DNA of 50,623 bases from an uncultured Ruminococcus sp. (GTDB lineage Bacteria > Bacillota > Clostridia > Oscillospirales > CAG-272). Below, in pieces: positions 17,939 through 26,276 of the stretch. Under the pieces are notes generated by a model. The model did not search any database. It was given only the letters and a program-made list of their open reading frames with translations, and had not been told where the DNA came from. Position 1 is the stretch's first letter. Each line of letters begins with the position of its first letter. Made by a program: the position numbers and the translations under genes. The stretch lies in contig CAZVQC010000006.1 in assembly GCA_964629225.1 (NCBI GenBank), positions 1 to 50,623 of the forward strand. Direction: 5' to 3'.

Positions 17939-19264
17939 TTACTTGACGTTCTTGAACTGCTCCCAAAGCTCGTCTGCCAGTTTATCGGCGCTTTCGCCGT
18001 TATTATAGCGCTCCGGCATGGTCTTCTGTTCTTCCCTGAGCGAGTCGTACAGTGAGTAGATCCTGTTGTAATAGCCTACGAAGGAAGGCTCACGGACGGC
18101 GGTCGCCCTGTCGTTCACTTCGGCTATGGCATTGTAGAGATTCTTATAGGACTTCGACACGAAACCGTGATCTCCGATCTTGTCGAAGGACGCCTTGTTT
18201 GACGGCATATATCCCGTTTCAATGCAGAATTCAAGGTTTCTTTCCGCCTCGGTGAGCCAACGGGCAAATACCTCGGCGGCCTCTGCCTTTTGGTCGGTGG
18301 TCTTGTAGGCGCAGAGACCCACGCCCGCCTGAGTTACAAGCAGGTCGGTGCCCTCAGCCGCAGGAGGCGGCATTATTTGAAGATCCATAGGCTCGGTGGT
18401 GTTGTCCGGATAGGTCACCGTGTCGTTGTAGTAGAGTATGGATGCGGTGGAGCCCAGTCCCGCCATGACTTCGCCGGTCATCACCTGCGTGTTGGAATAG
18501 AGGTCGGAAACGATGATATGTCCCTTGGCGATGGCGGTGGCAAACTTCATGAAGGATGCCTTGAAAGCCTCGTTTTCAAAGTCGTACCAGCCCTCGGCGG
18601 TGTAGAAGTCGTCATGACCCTGCTCCATGGCGTTCAGCTCAATGGCACGGATGGGAAAATCCAGGGCGCAGAAGGGCTTGCCGTCTGAGTACTCATAGTA
18701 TTTTTCTGCGGCATCGAGGAAGCCATCCCAAGTGGAAAGGCTGTCATAGGTGACTCCGGTGGCAGCGGAGAAACGTTCAAATTGAGTTCCCGCAACGAAG
18801 AGAAGATGAGTGGATTTCGAAACGGGGAATACGGACAGATGCCCGTCCACCATACCGTCCTCTAAAAATTCCGGTACATAGTTATCAAGCTCCTCGTCGG
18901 TGAAGACGTCCTTCCAATCCAAAAGGTTCTCCGCTCCGAGCTCTGCGGCATTGTTGTTGTGGCAAAAGAACAGGTCGGGCATCTCCATGGCGCCTGCCTC
19001 TCCTTTGTGTGCGGAGAGGAGCTTTTCCCCGATCTGTGCCGAGGAGGACATGGAGGATACGTTGATTATGATACCTTGCTCTTTGCCTACCGTGCGGTTA
19101 AATTCCTCCACAAGTCTGTTCATGGGGGAATCTGCCTGCTCACCGTACACGTGCCACATGGTGAGGGTAACGGGTTCCTTCGGGTCAAGAAGGGTCTTTT
19201 GACATCCGCAGAAGACGAGCGCCGTCATAAAGGCTGTCAAGATGATCGCAATGATCTTTTTCAT
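17939..19264 (-). CDS. extracellular solute-binding lipoprotein (ABC family-1 sugar SBP), orphan
   Basis: 441 aa with signal peptide and lipobox (LVFC-GC). No permease or ATPase genes adjacent. Its stop is 15 nt upstream of the LuxR-type gene on the same strand. Confidence 0.75.
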   Translation of the reverse strand: MKKIIAIILTAFMTALVFCGCQKTLLDPKEPVTLTMWHVYGEQADSPMNRLVEEFNRTVGKEQGIIINVSSMSSSAQIGEKLLSAHKGEAGAMEMPDLFFCHNNNAAELGAENLLDWKDVFTDEELDNYVPEFLEDGMVDGHLSVFPVSKSTHLLFVAGTQFERFSAATGVTYDSLSTWDGFLDAAEKYYEYSDGKPFCALDFPIRAIELNAMEQGHDDFYTAEGWYDFENEAFKASFMKFATAIAKGHIIVSDLYSNTQVMTGEVMAGLGSTASILYYNDTVTYPDNTTEPMDLQIMPPPAAEGTDLLVTQAGVGLCAYKTTDQKAEAAEVFARWLTEAERNLEFCIETGYMPSNKASFDKIGDHGFVSKSYKNLYNAIAEVNDRATAVREPSFVGYYNRIYSLYDSLREEQKTMPERYNNGESADKLADELWEQFKNVK

Positions 19265-19356
19265 GGGAAACCTTCTGAGTTATCGTACTGTTGCGAAAAC
19301 AGCAATGAATTGGGTGCCGAAATACGAAAAACACGAATAAATCGAATTTTTTTCAT

Positions 19357-19394
19357 TTTGTCCCCCCAAAACAGCGGTTTTTGAGGGGGACAAA
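19357..19394. promoter_or_regulatory. 10-bp inverted repeat in a divergent promoter region
   Basis: TTTGTCCCCC-N17-GGGGGACAAA. The right arm overlaps a weak -35 (GGGACA) spaced 17 nt from TATAAT at ~19410-19415. Confidence 0.4.
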
Positions 19395-19643
19395 CAAACA
19401 ATATATCCGTATAATATAGTTGCAAGAGTCTCAAAGGAGGATACAGGCTCTTCTTTGTCTCAAGATAAACAGAGGTATCCTCGGTCGGGGAAGATCCCCG
19501 ACAACGGCTTCACCTGCACGTCAATGAAGTGCGAAGCACGCCTTTATTTATTATTTTATCATAATTCTATTCGCAAGTCAAGTAAAACAAGCCGCAGTCC
19601 CGGTACTGCGGATACGGAAATATTTCCGAGAGGAGGAGAGAGC

Positions 19644-20012
19644 ATGGCAGAGCACACAACTGCCGATTACAGAACGGTTGCAGACAGCGGCGGCACAAGA
19701 TACCGATTCTACTGTCAGGTGTCGGGAGCGTTTGCCTGCGCAACGAAGCCCTATCCCGGAGAGGATGCCGAGGCGGAACTTCGGGATGCATGGGAGAGCG
19801 AGGGCAAAAACCACTTCAACCTTTGTCACCGATGCGGAAGGTGGGTGGTGGATGCGGTGTACAACCCGGAGGTGTTCGAGTGTACCGACTGCGCCACCTT
19901 TGAGCATGAGACGAGGTATTGCAAGTCCTGCGGCAAAAGGGTGGATGCGGATGTGCGATTTTGCCCGTTCTGCAAGAGCAGGCTCCATTACGAAGGGGGT
20001 GAGGCATTATGA
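19644..20012 (+). CDS. small zinc-ribbon protein
   Basis: 122 aa with ATG after GAGAGGAGGAGAG. Carries cysteine pairs CHRCG...CTDC and CKSCG...CPFC. Confidence 0.6.
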   Translation: MAEHTTADYRTVADSGGTRYRFYCQVSGAFACATKPYPGEDAEAELRDAWESEGKNHFNLCHRCGRWVVDAVYNPEVFECTDCATFEHETRYCKSCGKRVDADVRFCPFCKSRLHYEGGEAL

Positions 20013-20305
20013 CGGTGAAGGCCAAGTGGGAACAGCTTGAAAGATACGGCTTCGGCCCCAACGTGATGAAGCGTACCAGGGTGTGCCCGTCCTGCGGAAG
20101 GATGGTGACGAACACCTGCAGCTCCTGCCCCGATTGCGGAATGCGCCTTATGAAAAAGACCCTGTGGGACAGGTACAGAGAGCGGCATATGTGCTGTGAC
20201 AGATGCGGCACGGTGCTGGCGGTGGATTCAAGATACTGCCCCCATTGCGGAAGAGCACTCTACGTGAAAAAGGCTCTTCGCTCCGAAAAGAAAAGCAATG
20301 CGTAA
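20009..20305 (+). CDS. small double-zinc-ribbon protein
   Basis: 98 aa with ATGA overlap onto the previous gene. Two CxxC..CxxC ribbons (CPSCG..CSSCPDCG; CDRCG..CPHCG). Confidence 0.6.
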   Translation: MTVKAKWEQLERYGFGPNVMKRTRVCPSCGRMVTNTCSSCPDCGMRLMKKTLWDRYRERHMCCDRCGTVLAVDSRYCPHCGRALYVKKALRSEKKSNA

Positions 20306-20339
20306 CGAATCGAAGAACGATCTGAAGGAGGATCAAAGA

Positions 20340-23300
20340 ATGAAGACCAAGAGACCCCTGAGAGCAGTCAGTTTCATTCTCACCCTTATCATGCTGGTGG
20401 GAATGCTTCCTCTGTCCGCCATCTCATCCATGGCGGCGATACCGGCAGTGGACAGCTCCGTATGGACACTTGTGGGAACGGACAGTAAAGCGTCTAATGC
20501 GGCGCGCTACACCGAGCTTAAAGACGCTCTTGAGAATACCGCCGTTTCTCTGATCAATACGGCGTATGTCCGCCTTGAAAGAGATATCAAATTGGATGCG
20601 GACCTGTCGAAGAGCAGTTGTGTCTTTACAGAGGACTCGATCACTATAGTGGTCACCCGAAAAGTCGTGTTTGACTTGAACGGACACACCTTAAAGGCTA
20701 AAGTCTACGACGGAACCGGAGAGTATCTCGATCCCGTTTCACTGACCATGTTTGAGATCAGAGACGGTGGAAAGCTCACGATAGTTGACAGCAAGGGCAA
20801 GGGCAAGATAGCTACCGACAGCTGGATCTCGGAGCCCCACGTGGACCTGGGTGCCGCCGGTGACATCAATGTCTTTGATATGTTCAAGATAAAAGGAGGC
20901 GGAGAGCTCATTATCAACGCTTCCGGCGCCGAGTTTGAATGCGGTCGCTCAAAGCAGCAGTGGGTAACACGTGCATACACGGTCGATAGAGAACCTGGTG
21001 GCGTTCCCGATGCATCCGACTTTTTTACGGGAAATATTCGCGGTCAGGCCTGCGGCTCCGTTTTTATCGCAGAGTCCAACAGTAAGATCACCGTTGCCGG
21101 AGGAAAGTTTCTTGCAAGGGGATACAGAGGTGTCTATCACCGAGGCTACGGCGATCCTTGTGCGGTCTTTGATGTAAGTGCAAATACTGTCGTCGACATC
21201 ATTGACGGTACATTCTACGGTAAGGGCTGCGCCGACGTGTTCGATGCGGATAAAACTGCCAAGATCACGATTCGTTCGGGTGTGTTCGACGTTTTCAAGG
21301 TAGATAAGGTTCCCGTTTTAAATTACCCGTACCATGAAGACCTTCTCAGCTATTACAGGTACACCCGCTTTACAAACGGCAGATACGGCGAGGTCGGCAT
21401 CCCCGACAGCGCCCTTGATCCGGACAACACCGATATCATAATCGGCGGACACAATTACAGCGAGGACGAGGATAAGGATAATTCCGCAAGCGATACTCAC
21501 AAGACCGTTACGGTAAAACCGAAGACGGGCGCCAAGACTCCCGACGATAGGATCATTGTGGAAAATGAAAACGGAATCGGTGCCTGGAACGGCAGCGACT
21601 CCTACGTTATCAATGCAAAGAACGGCAGAGCCTATTTCTCCGACAGCGACAGAGCGTACCTTGACGACGACCTTCAAAAGGATACGACAGGTTACTTCCT
21701 TTGGACCTTCACTCTGTACGATGCCAAAACGGGTGAAAAATGCGATGCGGAGCCGATGCAGGTGGCAAGTCTCGGTTCCGATGACACGATATCCATCGAT
21801 CTGAAGGACTATAAACAGACAAATACCACTACCTTCAAGTACTATTTCGAAAATGACGGGATCAGCAGTTACAAAATAAAGGCAGAGGTGGAAGAGGTCT
21901 GGGCAGGCCACCATACATACAAACCGAAGTTCCATAACTGGTTCTATTTCAACGAGTACCGGTCTTTTCTCGGTATCGACGCCAACGAGGCGGCGGAGAT
22001 ACTTGACTTCACCGTGACACCGAGAACGCCGAGCTCCGATTGCACATCCTACACCCTCAACACGGAAAACGAAGAGGGGATGGAGTATTATTTCGAATTC
22101 TTGGGAAATAATTCCAAAGGCGCTGTGACCTGTAACAGCTATTATCGCTACTGCAAGGTGGACACGGCGGGAAAAACGGTGCTGTCTTCGAAGCAGGAGA
22201 TAGCGACCGGCACGGAATACGGTGAACCCATTGAATTTATTGTCCCCCCGAAGCATGGCGGTCCCGTGTACGTTACGGTGGAATACGTATTCAGAAGAAG
22301 CATCAACTCTTCAGCTGCGGTAGACGTTGTGACCATAACCAAGACACATCTTGCCTATGCACTTGACTTCATGACATACGATGTCCTCGCAGCGGATGAG
22401 GCAATAAGAACGGGCCGTGTCTCCGCTTCCTACGGTAATTACGATACGGTGGAGCTTTATGATGGCGAGACTGTCCTCATAAAGCCCAACATCAGCGCCG
22501 ATATGGCAAAAACGGACGTGATCAACCCGATAACGGGCAAGACCTTCTCCAAGAGCGATATCAAGTGGCAGCTCTCCACCGGACTTGACGATTACGGCAA
22601 TCACGTTTGGAATGATGTTCCCGCTCGTGAGATAGTCAATCAGGAGATCGACGGCGTAACTCTCCCATGTGTTAAGACCAACAGAACGGCGTGGTACAGA
22701 ATGAGTTACGTTTGGAACGGCGAGACTTACCATTCGCCTCAGTCGCTTCTTGTGAAGGGCGTTTCCTACGAAAAGAACCGCATTGCCACCGTGATCCGAA
22801 GCGACAGATTCACCGGTATATACGGCAAGGGCGAAAACAAATTGTATCTTGACGTCAATAAGGATGCCGACTGGAACACCGGAGGCTGCTCCGTGGACTC
22901 CATACGTATCTTCCTGATGGAAAAGCCCGATGGAGCGAACCCCGGCAGTACGATGAAGACACCGAGTAGCTTCGCGACCGGTCAAAACGGTCTGATCGAG
23001 CTTATCAATACCGACAGCTTCTTCGAAAATGAGGCGGGCGCCGTAACGGGTATGTACACCTTCCGTGTCAGGGTTACGGGTACCAATGCCGACGGCTCCA
23101 CGTACTACGTTACTGCGAACTGTGACGTCTGGTACAGTCAACAGACCACCGACTTAAATATCTACGTGAACGGCATGCCGATCTACAAGCATGATGAGAT
23201 CAACATTCCATGTATCCTGACGGCGGATACCAATCTGTTCGACTTCACCTGCGACTATTATCCGCTGAACACCATGGGCAACGGCATTGACAAAAGTTCT

Positions 23301-25979
23301 GTCAAATGGACGTCCTCCGACAGCGGTGTGCTTCGTATCGACGAGAAGACGGGTGAAGGATTGGCCCTCAGACCCGGAACCGTAACGGTCAGGTGCTCGT
23401 GGAAGGATTCCGACGGAGCATCTCACTCAAGATCTGCGAAGGTCAGCGTTCCCATAGCCGGATTTGAGCTTAACAAGATCGACTATGCAAGCTACGTCGG
23501 CAGCAACCTTCCTTACATTTCGGGAGAAATTGCCACCGTTAAATCCGTATGGTCCTGCGGCGGTGAGAAGGTGACCGTAGATCCCGGTCGTTATATCGGG
23601 GTAAGACTCACAAGCTACAACGGCTGGGGCGAGGCCTCCACAGCCTTCGGTGAAGCAGTCGTGGAATATAACAACAACGCCTCCTACGGCTACACTGTGA
23701 CTGCGAAGGCGGACGACGGTTACTTCTTCGCAGCAGAGGCCGAGGCGGACGTTTTTGAGACCGAATACTACGTGGACAAGGCACAGCTTCGGTGCAACGG
23801 TCTTGACGACGGAGCGATACTGCCGGCGGAGGACTACGACGCTTACACCGAGTGGAACACTCCCTACACCGTGGAGATCGATTACGTAAACAAGACGTAC
23901 AACGAGTACTACAAGGGCGGAATGTACGTAAGACTGTCCCACGTTCCCGTGATTGAGGATCCGGGTGCGGTCTATCTCAAAGAGGTCAATGTTACGGTAA
24001 GCGAGCCCGCAGTGGGTGACAACCGCTATGAGGGCACCACCTACAACCCGATGAATGAGTATCTGGTACTGAACGTCAGCGGTATCCTCGGAAACTGCAA
24101 GGACTCTTCAACTCACAGCTACGTTTCAAAGCTTGATATGAGCGATATAAGGGGCACCGGAAAAGCCTATGACGATGCCTCCTCCGAAGAAAAGGGCGCA
24201 CTTACCATCGAGTACATGAGCGTGTGGAATACCACCGACTACGTGACATGGAACAAGCCCACCAAGACTTACGAAAACGGCATCTACGTTCACGACGTGG
24301 GTCTCTGCTTTGACAGTGACGCCATGGCGGGCATGAATGTCTTCGTGGCAAAGGATGCCAAGATATTCGTAAACGGCAGAGAAATGGATTTTGCCTCCGT
24401 ATACTACGGCTCCGACGGTACGAGCAGCGTAAACTTCAAATACTACTTTGACGTGGGCGAGGTGGAGACCGTCTCCGTCGTAAGTGTGACCGGCATCAAT
24501 GCTCCCCTTCAGGGAGAGCTTCCCTCGGATGTGGGGGATGCTACAGTTCTCGTGGGCGGTGTGGAGAGCGACTCTGTCTACATTTCCAAACTCATATGGT
24601 TCGTGGATGCCAACGGCAACGGAGCCTATGATGAGGGTGAGGAGGCGCAAGCTCGCTACTACGGTTTCAACGGCTCATATCGTGGGGACAGCACTCTTTG
24701 GTATGACGGCAGATTTTTGGCAGGTGTTTCTTATAGCCTGTGCGTTGAGCTTCAGGCAGACGGTGTCCGTCTTGACTCGAATGTTGTCGTATCCTTCAGC
24801 GGTCTTGAAAAGAACTTGATCGGCAAGATGAGTGGGGTATTCACATTCCCCGCAGACAATATTATACGCACAGTTACGATCGATGCTTTGACAACGGACA
24901 GTGCAGCGGGCAAGTTCCTTGACCCGTTTATGCTTACCTTTAGCGGTAAGACATCGGGATTCTCCCTCAACTGGACATACAATGAATTTACCGAGTGCGA
25001 CGATCCTACGGCAAGTGTCGGCGAATTTATCGGGGATGTTATCACCTACAGTTACGATGATATCAAGCTCCCCGGAGGCAAAACATGGCTTCGTGCTATG
25101 ATAATGCCGGAGGACGGTTTTCAGATCAGCAATAACTTCAAGTTCCTTGTAAACGGGACCGATGCTTGCGAAGAGTTCGCACCGGGCAGAAGCAATATTG
25201 AGACCTGCGTTAATTCGGGCGGAATCTACATGAGTTGTTATATGTTCACGGTACCCAAGACCGGTGCGGACGTTACCGTCAACGTGACGGGAGCATCCGG
25301 CGGCAAGGTGAATGCACAAAAGACGGTACAGCTCATTGAGAGCGGTTACAGCGAGGCGGCATATGAGAGTGTGATCGCCGCCGACGGTACGAGTTGCGTT
25401 ATTTCGGGCGTTCCCGACGGCACGTACAAGGTGAAGGTGATGGCAGCGGGCTATGTTACCGCCGAGACTACGGTGACGATCAACGGCTCCGATGCCACCG
25501 TGAACGTGACTTTGAGGACCGTTTCCACAACCGCAGCGGTGAAGGGAACTGTCTACAGCAAGGGCAGTGCCGCGGATCCGGTCACTCTGAGACTCACCTT
25601 GGTGGGCAAAAGTGAGCCGTCATACGAGGTGGTAGTTACCGGAAACAAGGCTTCCTACTCCATCGGAAACGTTGAGAACGGCACCTACGTTCTCACCGCA
25701 ACCAAGAACGGTCACTCGGACTACAGTATCATGGTAACCGTGGACGGTACGGACCTGACACAGAACATCACCCTGTCACTTCCCGGCAGCCTTATGGGAG
25801 ACGTGGACGGAGACGGCAGGATAACCAACAAGGACCTGCTCCTCATGAGACGTTACCTCCTTATGGTAGTGGGAGAGAGTGAGACCTTCTGTTTTGACAA
25901 TGCAGACCTTGACTACGACGGCAGGATAACCAACAAAGACCTTCTCAAGCTCCGCAAGATAATAATGGGAGTTGAGTAA
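20340..25979 (+). CDS. giant secreted dockerin-bearing protein (beta-helix-like N-region, two carboxypeptidase-regulatory-like domains, type-I dockerin)
   Basis: 1879 aa from the ATG after GAAGGAGGA. Signal peptide MKTKRPLRAVSFILTLIMLVGMLPLSA. C-terminal duplicated Ca-binding dockerin repeats GDVDGDGRITNKDLLLMRRYLL / DLDYDGRITNKDLLKLRKII. Confidence 0.85.
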   Translation: MKTKRPLRAVSFILTLIMLVGMLPLSAISSMAAIPAVDSSVWTLVGTDSKASNAARYTELKDALENTAVSLINTAYVRLERDIKLDADLSKSSCVFTEDSITIVVTRKVVFDLNGHTLKAKVYDGTGEYLDPVSLTMFEIRDGGKLTIVDSKGKGKIATDSWISEPHVDLGAAGDINVFDMFKIKGGGELIINASGAEFECGRSKQQWVTRAYTVDREPGGVPDASDFFTGNIRGQACGSVFIAESNSKITVAGGKFLARGYRGVYHRGYGDPCAVFDVSANTVVDIIDGTFYGKGCADVFDADKTAKITIRSGVFDVFKVDKVPVLNYPYHEDLLSYYRYTRFTNGRYGEVGIPDSALDPDNTDIIIGGHNYSEDEDKDNSASDTHKTVTVKPKTGAKTPDDRIIVENENGIGAWNGSDSYVINAKNGRAYFSDSDRAYLDDDLQKDTTGYFLWTFTLYDAKTGEKCDAEPMQVASLGSDDTISIDLKDYKQTNTTTFKYYFENDGISSYKIKAEVEEVWAGHHTYKPKFHNWFYFNEYRSFLGIDANEAAEILDFTVTPRTPSSDCTSYTLNTENEEGMEYYFEFLGNNSKGAVTCNSYYRYCKVDTAGKTVLSSKQEIATGTEYGEPIEFIVPPKHGGPVYVTVEYVFRRSINSSAAVDVVTITKTHLAYALDFMTYDVLAADEAIRTGRVSASYGNYDTVELYDGETVLIKPNISADMAKTDVINPITGKTFSKSDIKWQLSTGLDDYGNHVWNDVPAREIVNQEIDGVTLPCVKTNRTAWYRMSYVWNGETYHSPQSLLVKGVSYEKNRIATVIRSDRFTGIYGKGENKLYLDVNKDADWNTGGCSVDSIRIFLMEKPDGANPGSTMKTPSSFATGQNGLIELINTDSFFENEAGAVTGMYTFRVRVTGTNADGSTYYVTANCDVWYSQQTTDLNIYVNGMPIYKHDEINIPCILTADTNLFDFTCDYYPLNTMGNGIDKSSVKWTSSDSGVLRIDEKTGEGLALRPGTVTVRCSWKDSDGASHSRSAKVSVPIAGFELNKIDYASYVGSNLPYISGEIATVKSVWSCGGEKVTVDPGRYIGVRLTSYNGWGEASTAFGEAVVEYNNNASYGYTVTAKADDGYFFAAEAEADVFETEYYVDKAQLRCNGLDDGAILPAEDYDAYTEWNTPYTVEIDYVNKTYNEYYKGGMYVRLSHVPVIEDPGAVYLKEVNVTVSEPAVGDNRYEGTTYNPMNEYLVLNVSGILGNCKDSSTHSYVSKLDMSDIRGTGKAYDDASSEEKGALTIEYMSVWNTTDYVTWNKPTKTYENGIYVHDVGLCFDSDAMAGMNVFVAKDAKIFVNGREMDFASVYYGSDGTSSVNFKYYFDVGEVETVSVVSVTGINAPLQGELPSDVGDATVLVGGVESDSVYISKLIWFVDANGNGAYDEGEEAQARYYGFNGSYRGDSTLWYDGRFLAGVSYSLCVELQADGVRLDSNVVVSFSGLEKNLIGKMSGVFTFPADNIIRTVTIDALTTDSAAGKFLDPFMLTFSGKTSGFSLNWTYNEFTECDDPTASVGEFIGDVITYSYDDIKLPGGKTWLRAMIMPEDGFQISNNFKFLVNGTDACEEFAPGRSNIETCVNSGGIYMSCYMFTVPKTGADVTVNVTGASGGKVNAQKTVQLIESGYSEAAYESVIAADGTSCVISGVPDGTYKVKVMAAGYVTAETTVTINGSDATVNVTLRTVSTTAAVKGTVYSKGSAADPVTLRLTLVGKSEPSYEVVVTGNKASYSIGNVENGTYVLTATKNGHSDYSIMVTVDGTDLTQNITLSLPGSLMGDVDGDGRITNKDLLLMRRYLLMVVGESETFCFDNADLDYDGRITNKDLLKLRKIIMGVE

Positions 25980-26054
25980 GTCGAAAGATCACCCGACATC
26001 AAATGATCCGAATCAAATGTCCCGACAGCCTTCGGGCTGTCGGGGGACGATCCG
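25249..26054 (+). repeat. 806-bp segment nucleotide-identical to 31162-31967
   Basis: Covers the last 242 codons, the stop, and the terminator hairpin CCCGACAGCC-ttcg-GGCTGTCGGG of both giant genes. ORF-track fragments 25394-25615 and 31307-31528 translate identically. Confidence 0.85.
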
Positions 26055-26276
26055 ATACATGGCACTGCGTTTTCCAAAGTGTCAAAGGAAGACCGCTGCC
26101 GTGATCCGGACGGAATGCCCTCTGTCGAAGGGACGGGGTGAGAGACCCGGCTCTTCAACGGGGCTTAGGCTTCGATATGCGTTTTGAAAATAATTCCCCG
26201 ACACGGTCTGCGTTTTGTGATATCGCTAACGGACGTGGGGATAAATAACAGTGAAACGGACAAGGAGGAACACAAA

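Noticed and set aside
19455-19643. N-terminal extension of the first zinc-ribbon ORF (track start 19455)
   Set aside because: The internal ATG at 19644 has a strong GAGAGGAGGAGAG RBS. The upstream part is low-complexity and overlaps the hairpin and palindrome-rich leader, so it was treated as 5' UTR.
21318-25319. Several 170-310-aa minus-strand ORFs inside the first giant gene (21318-22256, 22311-23141, 23427-23942, 24126-24650, 24675-25319)
   Set aside because: The plus-strand giant ORF is continuous for 5.6 kb with signal peptide and dockerin. The antisense frames are by-products of biased codon usage.
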